Below are positions 50,176-61,850 of a DNA stretch of 64,000 nt, piece by piece. The stretch is from Raillietiella orientalis (Eukaryota). Within the stretch, counting starts at the first letter, position 1. Every line of letters begins with the position of its first letter. The notes under the pieces are model-generated. The model was not told where the DNA came from, did not search any database, and worked only from the letters and a program-made list of their open reading frames with translations. The stretch is taken from assembly GCA_036172245.1 (NCBI GenBank), contig JAYWIR010000006.1, positions 4,898,001 through 4,962,000 of the forward strand, in the 5' to 3' direction. Made by a program: the position numbers and the translations under genes.

Positions 50176-52799
50176 AGGCTGAACAACTAAACTCACAGAC
50201 GAACCGAAGCGAAATGAAAGCAAACTGGGAAGGGTGAGAGGGACAGGTGAAAGGGGAAACGGAGAAGGAAGTGATCACGCTGATGCCAACGAAGGGAGGG
50301 GTTTCCGGAAGGGGACTTCGGGTTCTCCGGTTGTCGAGATGACCGTGCGTTATGTGCATCGCGGCTTCGCCGGTCTGGGCATGCGCGCGCGTTGCAGCAG
50401 CCCGCGGTCGACGGTCAGCGGTGGAGAGAGTTGGGCAGGGTGGGAGTGGTTGGTTGCCTTGCACTCGGTGCGCGCCGAGGAGGATGTCCAAGGGTGTGGC
50501 GCTTCTGATGCCAGCGTCGCGTGGCCTCCGCCGGTCTCGACCGGCACCGCACTTGCCCGGGAAGACCGTGATCTGCAAGAAGGGTCACTTCCTCAAATGG
50601 CAATCTTTTTCTTGCAGGAGGAGGGAAATGGCTGGGCGTTGGTGGCGGTTGAGGACGCACAAAGGAGAGGGCGGACAGCGGGTTTGCAAAATTCCTCCCT
50701 GGGGAGATTTATCTCGCGAGAATGACCACCCTGGTGCTGATACCTCCTCGGATCCGTCTGGAGGAGTGGACCACATCCACCCAGAGAAGACGCGAGGCTA
50801 CCAACTTTTCCTTTCCCTCCGGCTCCGGAGACCGACAATCGGAGGTGTCATCTTGGAATGCACCAGCTGGAGAGCTGAAGGATCTGCTGCCTCCGGTGAC
50901 CCCTGACCAGCCGCCGCCTTTCTCCAAAGCGCAGGAAAAGCGGCAGGTCGCTTGGCGATCGGTGAGTGCGATCAGCGGCTTCCACACCCTTCCACCCACC
51001 GAGGGAATTCTCACCCCAACCTTCCCTCCTACCCTACCCTCTGCTTTTTGCTAGTGGATTCCCTTGGCCCTGCGGTATCGTTAGGTCGACTCAGGAGGAA
51101 TTAGAAGCTCAGGTTCCCCGGTGCTTATTTTCCCGGAACCAAGAGGTCGGTTCCCCAGTCTCTGATTTTCCTGACCCGGAAGGAAGACTCTCCCTGAGGG
51201 GAGAAGACGGAAGCAGTGGCCACAAGGAGCCTGAGGAGGCAGAATTCCCATCCCCTTAGGAGCTCCCCCGCCGTCGGGAAGGAGCTTAGCGGTCCGGCCG
51301 GGACACCCTTATGGGCAAAGGAACCCTCCAGTGTCCCCCTAGGCGACCCACGGATTCCGGAAGGGCCTTCCATGTGACAGCGTGACTAGGAGGCAAGTTG
51401 ACAAGTTGACAGCGTGACAAGTTTATCACCCGGCGCACCCGGGTGATAAACAGCGTGACTCCCATGGACCGGCTCCCGCTCCCCTTCAGCAGGGTCGACT
51501 TTCTGTCTGGCTCAAATGGACAACCACCCTATCCCCCGCCCGGGGAGAGATCCTCCGGTGCTCCTCGAGTCCCCTCCCTTGCCGACTGGAGGAAAGGGGT
51601 TGCCTCACACGAGGGGCGGGGTTCCACCTCGGAACTCGCTTTCCACCCTTCAGCCCTTCGAACTTATCCCACTCTCCCTCTTTCCCCGCGGGCGATCAAA
51701 GAGGGCCTGACGTATGGCGGGCGGGTCCGAAGAGAGAGGGCGGCAGCGCCCGGCTGCAGCCTTTCCGCCCCCATCATGCAGATAAGGAGGCACCATGGTC
51801 GGGAGAGGGGGAGGAGTAAGGTCCTTGCTGCCGAGTCGTCCCAGGACCGTGCGGAGCTGCAGGGCTGGTCGGCCCGGCGGTGTCCTTCGGCCGGGACCTT
51901 GGGAGTAGCGAGGGCCGCGCCTCCTGAGGCGCCTTCCGCGGGGGCGGCGGTCGGTGCAGCGAGCCATGGCACCTCCTCCCCCGCATCTGCCTCCTGAGCC
52001 CTCCCGGAAGCGTTAGCGATGGAAGGAAGTTCCGGGAAGATGCGCTGGGATGCCGCCGCTCTCCCTGGTTCTGTTGGACACTGAGTCGCATCTCAGCGTG
52101 GGTGGCGGCCCCGTTCCTTGATGCTCCCCAGGTAACCTCAGCCTCGCGAGACGGAAGGCTTCTCTGATGCCCTCCAGAGACAGGGAGTGGGGTGAACAGC
52201 TCAGCGAAGAGGGAGGTCTGGCCCGGATGGAGAGTGCGGTCTCCCGCTCCTCCCGAAGAGCAGGTGCGAAAAGGCTGGAGGTCCAGACGCCGGCCATTCC
52301 GCGCCGAACCCTCGGATCTTCAGTGCGCCCTGAGTGCTCACGTGCGCGCACAGGGCCGCATCCCACGAAAGGTCACCGCGGGGCGACCTCGCTTTAGGGC
52401 GGGCGGACCCCAGTGGGACCGGCGTTCCTGAGGTCTTTCCTCATTGGAGGGTAAGCCGCCCGCTATCTCCCTCTCCTCCCCTCGATCGACTTCCGAGTGA
52501 CAACTCGAGTTCCTCCTGTCCTCCGACTGTCCCCCGGGGTCGAGCATGGAAGGACGAGATGGGGGGGGGGGTTGCAGCAGTGCAGAGGACCTTCCTAGCT
52601 GAGTATCTTCCTGCGCTTCAGCCGGACAACTCTGAGGTCACGGAGCGCGGTCCGCTTCCCTGAATCCCATTTTCATCCCTTAGCAGTTTTCTGGAACGTG
52701 CGATTCTCAAATAAAATAAACAAATAAATAAAAAGATGGCCGGTTGCTTGGGTGTGGCGACTCGGAAGCCCAGGCGTCGCTAGGCAACGGTCCCTCTTA

Positions 52800-53100
52800 A
52801 CCGACATTTTCCAGGCTGATGCAGGGAGGCCGCGTCCCGCCTATCTCCCGGGAACTCCCGGAAACTCGAGTTTCTGGGAGGAGCCCTCTCGTCCCTCGAG
52901 CGTGCGGGCAGCGTTCCGGGACGTCCCGGCAGCAGCCGGAGGGATGCCTCGAAGCGGACGCGCGGGCCACGTCTGCGACGAGGCGGGACTTCCTGGGAGA
53001 CCACCGAGCTGAGCTGTGCATCGAGGGACGCCTCGGGGGTGCAGACTTGCCGGTAGTTCCGCACTACCCTCTGGCCCCGAGGAAAGGTGCGGGGTCAAAA
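52800..53100 (+). mobile_element. Tx1-like ORF1 zinc-knuckle remnant
   Basis: VRAAFRDVP...PRSGRAGHVCDE resembles Y.GQP..C..C...GH....C. Confidence 0.35.
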
Positions 53101-53884
53101 CCACTCCAGATAGACCAACTTCTCCCCCACAGCCCTACGAAGGACGCAATCACCCCTCCCCGCGAGACCGCTGTTGGTTCTAGACTTTCCGCGGCTCTCC
53201 CTCCGGGCCCCGAGGGGGCGACTTTGCCGCGAGCGCAACTAGGCGGCGCTGGTATCGCTGCCTCTCCGCGACCCCATCCAACCCTCCCGACGGTTCGCCT
53301 TCTGGCGCGATCAAGAGCCACCTAGGAGGAAGCCATCGTTTGCTCTTCGGCGCCGTCGGGGGTTAAGGCGTCATGGGGTGAGTACGGAAGGGCCAAAACT
53401 CCAGGAGTTCCTAAGTCGCTCCGGTAGCTCGCTCGTGTCTGAGGAAACCCGCCCCACCCGTCCGTTCCCCTTACGGATGCAGGAGGCCCGCTCAGAAGTA
53501 TCCCCGACGCGCTCTTGAGGTACTCCCGGGACGGCCGGACCGAGAGAGTCCGGCCCCGGTTCTCGTCCAGTGGCCGGACATCTCCAGGAGCGCGCGGGCC
53601 GGAGGCGACTTCTGAGCCTCCCGTGCCACACCTGCCGGGATTCCCGATCCCTGCCGGAGTCTCTCCTCGAGCTCCAAGAGGCACCTTCGGTGTACGCAGA
53701 GCCGCATAAAGGACGCCTCGGGCGTTCCTCCTCGGCCCTCTACAGTGGGTGCCGAGGAGTGCCGTTGGCGGATCATCCCTGCTCCCTTCATGGCATCCGA
53801 AAAGGGGCGGCCCCAGTGTCTTCGCTGCTCACACCTCGAAAGAACCGCGCGACCGAAAGAGGACGCACGGTTCCTCCGGCTCGG

Positions 53885-54075
53885 GCTCGCGCTGGCACCA
53901 GGTGTCGAGGGTTCGAATCCCGCCTGGAGGGGGGGCGACGCGAGAAATCGGGGGTGCGCGTCGTGGGTTTCCAGTTCCCCCCGCAAGATGACACGCTGCT
54001 TGACTCGCGGACTTTGGGTTGCCCCCGTTGACCGGCTGGGATGGGAAGTTGACCCTCCGGGTCTTTCGTGGTTTC
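53885..54075 (+). mobile_element. tRNA-derived SINE, copy C (opposite orientation, internally deleted)
   Basis: CAGGTGTCGAGGGTTCGAATCCCG head; TTGACCGGCTGGGATGGGAAGTTGACCCTCCGGG is the near reverse complement of the copy A tail. Confidence 0.65.
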
Positions 54076-54839
54076 ACCTTCTGGTTGTTCAGATGGAGAT
54101 CCTGTCTCCCCCCCGCCATGGAGTCCTTTCTTATTGGGGTTCCATGGAACTACAGGGGAGGGGGGAGAGCGCCCCTCCAGAGTGCTAGAAGCGCGCTACT
54201 CCCTGCGAGTTCCCTTCACAGCAGGAAACCGGGATGCTCCCGTGTTCGCGAGTGAGCAGGCAAGCGCGCACGATCGCGCGCGCGCGCTGCGTGCAGACGC
54301 GCACGCTTCGAGAATGTGGAAGCGCGCGCATAAAGGCGCTCGCGTTTTCTGCCTGCGCGGACGCAGGTTCGCGCACACTCGCACGCGTTTTTTTTTTTTT
54401 GCGCGCGCGCGCGTCCGGAAGTAGGGAGGGCAGACGCAGGCGGCCGGCGGACACCCAGAGCGCAGACGAAACGGAAAGCTCGGAATGGATTTCCCTGTCC
54501 CGGGCAGCGGCGGAGGGCAGCAGCAGCAGCAGCAGGGCGATCTCCCTGCGACTTCTCACCCCCCCCCCTCCCCGCCGTTTCCGTTTCTCTTTTTTTTTTG
54601 TCCGGGAGGCAGCGGAAAGGCGATGCGGATCCGTGATTTACGCCATCTCTCTTTTTCGTTTTTTGCCCCTCGACAGCGGGCAGTCAGCTTGATCGATGGA
54701 CCGGCCTGAGGTAATGAATCACGCGGACGCAGAGGGTCTGCACCCATCATCCGCTGCTGCTTCTGCTGCCGCTTGCCGTTTTCCGCCACCTTCTCCCGCC
54801 GCCAAGAACGAGTCCGCCTGCCGATCCCGGAGATCCTTC

Positions 54840-55560
54840 AGCGCCGCTCCCTCAAACCGCGGTCCGTCTTCGCTCTTCGAGACGCCTGCTAGTGGGCGCA
54901 CGGACGCCCAAGGCCGCCCCGTCTGGCAGGGAGGCGGCGCTGTTCTTTCGGTCTAGTCGCCGCGAGCGCACGAACCCGTCTGCGGTCGCGCCAACACTGC
55001 CACCCACCAACGCGTTGTCCACCAGCGGCAGCCGCGCAGGTGCGCGCCGCCAAGCCGCCGCCCGCCCCAGCGTGTCGCCGAGCCTCCGCCAAGGCAGCAG
55101 AGCGGATGCCAAGTCTTGACCGAACGAGAGCAGTCGTGAGCTCTTCTGCCGTCGTTGCATCCCCGGAGCGATGTCCTTTCCTCGCTCTTCTCTCTGTGTG
55201 CGTTTTTTTTTTTTCTGGCGTCCGGAAGGAGGCGGGCTGGTCGCTTGACGAGAAAATGTGGCTGCTGCCGCCGCTGCGGAAGGGCCCGCCGTTCCACGGC
55301 ATTCGCGCACCGGCATCTTCGCCACAGCGGGGGCGTGTCGTCCCCGTGCAACCGTCACACTCTTCCGCCCCGCCGACGGTGCTGAGAAGCTGTTGCCGAT
55401 GCGAGTGGTCAAGTGGCTCTCTTCATGCACGAGTTCCATGCAACTGCTCTGGTTCCTTGGGAGGCTCTCGCTGACCTCCTTCGGCTTCGGACAGCAGCTC
55501 ATCATGAAAGCAGAATCGAAACTTGGCCTCGTTCCTTTGCCACCCTCCCTTTCCTTCCTA
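54840..55560 (-). mobile_element. Decayed RTE-like RT fragment
   Basis: THTERRARKG (IxRGVRQGD) and LPW..LG....ARLPLVDNALV (L.W..G....L.FADD.VL). Confidence 0.4.
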
Positions 55561-55634
55561 CGCCACCCCCTCGAGCATGCAGCTCGAGCGGGTGGGTCTC
55601 CACCGCACGCTTCCGTTTCTTCGGCAGGAAGCAC

Positions 55635-55812
55635 CCTTTCCCCTCCTTTTCTCTTCCTCCCTTTTTCCTCCTCTTTTTTCTCTCCTCTTCTCCCTTTCCA
55701 CTTTCTCTCTCTCCCTTCCTCTTCTTCCTCCTCCTTTTCCACCTCCTCTTTTTCTTCCTCTTCCTCTTCTTCACTTCCTTCTCTTCTTCCTTTCCTCCTC
55801 CTCTTCTTCTTC
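55635..55812 (-). repeat. Polypyrimidine (+) / polypurine (-) tract
   Basis: About 180 nt C/T. Confidence 0.95.
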
Positions 55813-55819
55813 ATCATCA

Positions 55820-56400
55820 CCACCGTTTCAAACATCGGCCTCTTCGTGAATCACCAAGACACGCAGGACATCCCTCTGCAGGACGGGACGAGTGGCCCAG
55901 GGCTATCTTCCTTTAAAGCTCTGCGTTATTTGTATCCAGAGACGAGTCGGAACTACGGAGCCCGCAGGCTGATTTCTGACGTGACCCCTCCGCACCGCCG
56001 AGCTGTGGCGAGACTTTGCATCGTTCCCCTGCCCTTCCTCATCTCTTCGGCTGTGAGGGAGGTTCGTCATTGGGGCAGCATCTTTCGAAAAAGCTCTGAG
56101 GCCCCGGACAAGAGCCTTCCTAACCTCCTCTCAAAGGAAGGGTCACCGATAGGGGGATCGCTAACTTGGGAGCTCCTTCTCGGAGGACAATGGCGCGCGG
56201 AAGTTGTCGGGAGGGAAACGCCCCCGGAAAACTTTTCCAGTGTAAACCGCAGCCCTCTGCGGAGGGACCACCTGCCGTCCTGGGTTCACGTGTCGTGTGC
56301 CCCCCCTTCCAAGCCTGCAAAGACAGGTGACGGAGCGGCCAGGTTGAGGGGTCGGAGAGGGAGGAGGCAACCCGATCAGGGCTGGAGGCATGTGGTAGAC
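55820..56400 (+). mobile_element. Decayed RLE-type (R2-like) RT thumb fragment
   Basis: IGLFVN...FKALRYL...IVPLP...HLPSWVHV pattern. Confidence 0.35.
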
Positions 56401-57024
56401 GGAACGGGAGGAGGGGAGAAACGAAGGAAGAGGCTTACGCGGGTCCCCAAACGCGTGCCTACCCGTGCCACCCCCGGAGGAGATGGCGCGGAGGGCCCGC
56501 AGCGGCCCTCCGTGTCAGGGTGACCAGTGTCTCCGGGTCATCTCGCGCCTGAACGCGAGTTAGCCATCCCCAGGTGGCTTGCTGGAGGTAGGTCGACGAG
56601 AAGCCCCCGGGCATTTTTTTTCTTTTTCCCCCTGTCAGAGGAGGGAAAGAGTCGCGAGGCCGACCCTATCAACCTCCTCAAGCCTGTGCTTCTGATGGCC
56701 TCGCACTGCTACTCTTTCTGGACGGTGGAGCGGGTGCTAGGAGACGGCGCGTCTCCTTTTTTGCACTCGCCTCTTTGTAGGCCGGAAGCCGGCTGGAACG
56801 CGCGCGCGAGCCGCATCGCCCCGGAAGCCCGCGGTTTTTTCTTCCTTTTTTGCTGCCGAGCTCGCACGCGAGCTTGCGGGCGCGGAAACGTCCCGCCGCC
56901 CCATGCGGCCGGGCAGGCGAGCGTGTCCAATGGCTAACCTCCAGCCGCGCGATTTTTCGCGACTTTGCGCCTGCGCAACCCGGGTGAGGAAAACCAGAGG
57001 AAAGGGAGCAAGGCGAGGTAGCGG

Positions 57025-57289
57025 ACGGGAAGAGGAAGAGGAGGAGCAGGAAGAATGCGAAGAGAAAGAAGAAGAGAAAGAGGAGGAAGAGGAGGAAGAA
57101 GGGGAATAGGAAGAAGAATAGAAAGAGGAAGGGAAGAGAAGGAAAAAGAAGAAAGAAGAAGAAAAGAAAGAGCAGCAGGAGGAAAGTGGGAGGAGGAGGA
57201 AGAGAAGGAAGAAGAGGAAGAGGAAGGGAAGAAGGAAAGGAACAGGAAGAAGAGAAAGAGGAGGAGCAGGAGGAGGAAGAAGGAAAGGA
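57025..57289 (+). repeat. Polypurine low-complexity tract
   Basis: About 265 nt almost exclusively A/G. Confidence 0.95.
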
Positions 57290-58640
57290 TGTTGGGGGCG
57301 CTTCTGCACGACCTGTTGGAATGCTCCAGAGACTGCAGCGTGACTATAAGCGCATTTCAGGGACACGCAGTACCTTCGCCGAGGAATGCTCGCCGTTCCA
57401 CGCTTACCGATCGCTCCTTGCCGGAGGTTCTCTGCCACGTGCGAGCCACGGTGGCCGCCAAGGTGAATGAAGGCCACGGCCGTAAGTGCCGGAGAGCCGT
57501 TTGCGGTCTCCCGCATGAGAAGGGCGACGGAGTGGTGCAATCCGGAATGCGAGGTGCGAAGGACCCTTCCGACGATCGTGGCCAGACTGACCCACCCTGA
57601 ATACCGCCCCTACCCGCGTGGCCCTTCCTTGCCCGATACATGCCCCCAGGAGCGACGTTCACTGTCGCGAGGTCAGTCTGTCTCGTTCCCTATTTGTTCA
57701 CCTATTCGCCGGCCCTAACTCCTCTACCCCTGCTCCTCCCCAGTTCGGTCCCCAGTGGGATTGTGGTCTCCCCCACCTCGGGACCGTTTCCTGTGGTGAG
57801 ATTCCCGTTCATTCACTTCAAGTGAACCGCACGCCTGGGCGCGCTCATGATGAGGGATAAGAGGACCCACTTATGGATCGGGCTCTTGAGGGTGGAGGTC
57901 AGAAAGTCCAGAAAGGTCAGAGGGGACGCGTGGCTGGGTCGCAGGCCGACCACACCCTCAGGGCAAGAAGATCAGGGCGAGGAGGCAGCAAAGAAACGGG
58001 AGAAAGGTGAACCGGGGTAACAGCCCCCTGTGTCCTCTGTAGCTCGCGTGGGATGCGGCGGGCGACCTGCCTCCAACATCCTGCCCTGCGTTGAGACCAC
58101 CTTGCTGCCCCTCTCAGCGCGGAGTGATCGGCGACCGCTCTGCGGGCTCAGCACGGCGCCACGATCGTCTAGGCGGGCAGGAATCCTATCCCGCGCGAAG
58201 AAGAGCCCCCGGAGATGCGGAGGGAGGTGACCAGCAGGTGCAGTGCCGCGCGCATCGGACTCTCACCTTGAGGGGGGGGAGGGGAGTAGGAGGGGAGCGC
58301 TCTTCTCCGAGGCACGCATGCGCCGACGCTCACTGCACGGAGCCCGGAGTGGAATGGCGCCACTCGAGGGCAGAAGCCGCAATTCCCTCCCCGGCAGTCC
58401 CCCCCCCCCTCCCCGAGTTGACCTCCGTCACTCGAGGAGGAGTCACGTCGGCTTCTCCGGGCTCACCGATTACTTCCTTGCTGGCGATTGTGCCCTGCCG
58501 CGGGAGATCCTCAGTGACCACCGCCAAGACGGAGGAAGAGCGAGTTCCTCTTCCGGCAGGCAGCTGTCGTTCTTTCCCGTAGGAAAGGCAGCGCCGCGTC
58601 CCCCACACTTGCGAGATGGGGTGGAGAGGTTTCGCGGCTG
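57290..58640 (+). mobile_element. Decayed Jockey/I-group LINE: gag knuckle remnant plus endonuclease
   Basis: CRRAVCGLPH, NILPCVETTL (D+I.L.ET.L), GG.V motif, YFLAGDC (AGDxN). Confidence 0.45.
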
Positions 58641-60920
58641 CCGCTGGGGGCAGCACCGGCCGACAGATAAACAAACGCGAACGAGGGAGAGAGAGGCGCC
58701 GTCTGAGAGCGCAACCCCTGCCTGCCAGGTAGCGCGGCAGATGTTGGGGCCACCTCCTCGCATGCTCCGAGCGTTCCTGGCCATTCCGCTCTTCCGTCCA
58801 CCACCCCCGCGGCGCGGATTCAGCGGTCGCACCCCAGTTTACCCTGGTTCCTCAGCCTCCACCATCGCCGCCACGGCGGCAGTGAGTTGTCTCGCATTTT
58901 CATGGTGATCCGCCTTCTCCTCCTCCCACGACCCATTGGGCGGCCTCGCCATTCCCGCAAGTCTCTCAGCAAGCGCTGCCTCCAGACAGGATGAGCCCTC
59001 TCTGTGGCAAAAGTGCTGCCCCTGTCGTCTGATGCACTGCTGCCGCACCGCCTACTGCTGCTGCTGCTGCTGCAAGAACTTCCCCTCCTTCTTCGCACCC
59101 CTCTATAGGGAGGCGTAGTCTCTGCCATCCCTGAACCACCACACTCGCCCACCATCCCCTGCCATCCTACCCGTCCAACAGGTCGCATGCCTCCAGAAGG
59201 CCCAGGCTCGTCCCTGGCGCCTTCCCGGAGGTGGTGGTGGCAGCCAGAGAGGAGGCTCGCTCCGAAGGGCCGCTGCCGGGCGTTTTGCTTTCCGGGTCGA
59301 GGGGTGGAGCACCCACCCCGTTTCCCCTCGAGCGTCCATCTCGTGCTCTGGGAGTCCCTGTGGCGTCTCCTCGGGCACCATCTGGGTATCACCGGCGCTG
59401 CCCACCGGCGGAACTTTCGCTTGCCTGGCGCGGGTGCGATCGCGGGAGCGTGCTCCGCGGGTTCTAAAAATAGAACCGGCGGGGAAGCATCGCGCACGCG
59501 CGCGCGCGCCCGCGCGAGCCGACGAACAGCGGGCGACCTTGCGTCATCACCAAAGTCTTCGGTTTCTTGGTATCCCGACAGCTCATAATTAACGTCTTTG
59601 TTCCGCGTGATCGATTTCGACATTCCGGTCCAGATTCACTCTCCCACTTCGCCTCTTTCCACGGCTCTCACTCTCTCTTCCCTCCCCTCCCCTCCTCCTC
59701 CCTTCCTTCTCCCCCCCCTCCTCCCGGCCTCGCGAAGCGACCGGATGACGGCGTTCCTTTCCCCGGTCTCAGCCCTTTCACCCCCCCCCCCCTCCCGCGC
59801 GCGCCCTTCCCGGATGAACCGCCGCCGAGACGCGGGTAGAGAGGAGTCACGCGGCTTTCGGTCCAGGGGAAGTAGCAGCATCCTTTCCTGCGCGAACGTG
59901 GGAGGAGACTCCACTCTGCACCGCCGTCGCCCCCTGCGCCGGCCGGGACACGGCACGCCGAAGGAGCCGCCCCTTCGGCTGGCCGCCGTTGTCTCGGAGG
60001 GAGGTCAGCTGGAGGCGGATCCCTGGTGCTGCCGTCCTGAGGATGGCATGGAAATCCCGACCGCATCTTCCTTGGTCCCTCGGGGTTTTTCTTTGGCTCT
60101 CCCGTGGTCGGGGAGGAGAGTCCGGAGACCACTGCTCTGTCCCGTGGAGGCTCATCAGCGCCGGCACGTGAACGGCGCAGCACGAGCCTCTTCCTCCTGG
60201 GCAGCTCGTGAATCAGGGGCGGATAGGATCCCTCTCCCCGATTCCCGGCCGCCAGCCGAGGGGACATCCTCCTCGGAACGCAAGCAACGGGCTCCGCAGA
60301 GGGGATTCGAACCCGTCACGTACGGTGCCGCGCGTCGCGGGTGCGAATCCGAGCAGAAAAGGGAGGAAGATCGAGTGACGGATGCAGGGGAAGGGGAAGG
60401 GGCGGGCCACGGAGGACTTCGCCCCCCCGCACTGCCGAGGAGGGACGGCTGCCGGGGAAGAAGCGGAGAGCCGGTGCGCCGCATGGGATCGAAGAGGAGG
60501 TAGCGGCGGTTTCCATAGCACTCCCCTCGGGTCGGCGCAGCGCCGGAAGCGGAGAACAGGAAATTCCCGGCAATCCGCCTCCCTTCGAGTGGCCGGGAGT
60601 TGATTCCCGCGCGCCTCTCAGTGACCTTCTGCCTCCAGCGACCGGAAGCACGGGAACCGCTCCCTCCTTCGAGGAAGAGCACGGCCTATTCCCTTCTTCC
60701 TTCTCCCGATTCCCCCACCCCCACCCCGAGAACATTCCACGGTCACCTCCCGCCGATGGGTGCAGGTGCCGGCGCGCTTTGGGAAGTCGTGAGAGTTACC
60801 GTGGAGACCAGTGGGACTCCCTCCAAGTTGCCTCCTCGTCGGCCGTTCCTTCCCTTCTTCCGGCTGTTCCATGAAGGCCAAAAAAGGTTTTCTTTTTTCC
60901 CTCCTCACCTTTTGGGAGAA

Positions 60921-61275
60921 GGTAATAAAGGAGACGATTGGGGTTGGCAGTGGTGATGGGGGTGCCGGTGAGGGAGGCTGGAGTCATCCCTTATCGCGTC
61001 CTGACTCGCGTGAGGGCCCCCCGGGCGTGCGCTCGCGGAGAACGCCTGCCGTCTCCTCGACGCGCCTCCGGGAGTCTCCGTCACCAGGGAGACGGCATCT
61101 CCGGACCTACCGCGTACCCTTCGGGAGCTCCAGGGCTTGCTCATCCTTCTTTTACCCTGGGGCAGGGGCTGGAGGGAGTCAGAAACAGGGTGCGTGGGGC
61201 GGGCAGAGGGACAGAGGCAGTCGCTCCGGAGGGTGGAGGACCTCTGGACCACCCCGGGGTGGAGACGGCGGCGGA
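60921..61275 (+). repeat. Direct repeat copy 1 (~350 bp)
   Basis: Aligns with 62624-62978; the central ~100 bp (GGGCGTGCGCTCGCGGAGAACG...TACCCTTCG) is identical. Confidence 0.93.
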
Positions 61276-61840
61276 AAGGACATGTTCTTCCTCTCTTTTC
61301 CCCTTCCTCTTCCTTTGGAGGTGAGTCCGCAGCCCGGATGAAGAAGAATCGACCTTTCCCTCTCACCCCGAGGTGGCGACGGTGGAGAAGCCAGGCGGGC
61401 GACTCTAGAGGCTTCCCTGAGCCGACCTTCCAGCCACCGTGGTTGGGGAGAATGGTGGTCCCCCGAGAAAGGGAGAAGGCCGCCGTCGGCGTACGGCCCG
61501 TTGGGATCGATCCCTCCACTTCCCGAGCAACCTCTGGGGGGGTGCATTTCCCCGAGGGGGTCGACCCCTTCCCCGGGGCGAGAGACCGTCCGCGGCAGGG
61601 GAGGAAAGGAAGGCAGGGAGGTGGGAGCGCGCGCGCGCGCAACGTGCACCTTTTTCCCAGGCGCTCCCGATTGCGCAACAGCAGCCCAGAGAGCGAGGAG
61701 GTGGGATCGAGAGAACCGCGAAGCGCTCCGTCTCCGCACGCATCTTCCCTCCTCCTCGCATCTTCTTCTTCTTCGCCTCCTCCCCCTCCCCCCCCCCTCC
61801 ATCGGTTGCGAGCGTATCCTCGCCTGCGCCGGACCATATT

Positions 61841-61850
61841 GGGAAATTCC
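61841..61850 (+). promoter_or_regulatory. NF-kB/Rel consensus site
   Basis: GGGAAATTCC fits GGGRNWYYCC, about 70 bp upstream of the TATA box. Confidence 0.35.

Larger units (their letters stand above)
48130..52700 (-). mobile_element. Decayed Tx1-like element (ORF1 knuckle, endonuclease, RT start) interrupted at ~49800-50690
   Basis: QPFRTC near 52270 (gag), FQDDT..LW..VHS....RVVIL near 50800 (EN), LALIRRDPSKAS (LISLDQxKAF) near 48450; order is collinear on the minus strand. Confidence 0.5.

Noticed and set aside
53885..53930. Functional tRNA gene
   Set aside because: Only a T-arm/B-box is evident, no cloverleaf forms, and it continues into a SINE body seen in three copies.
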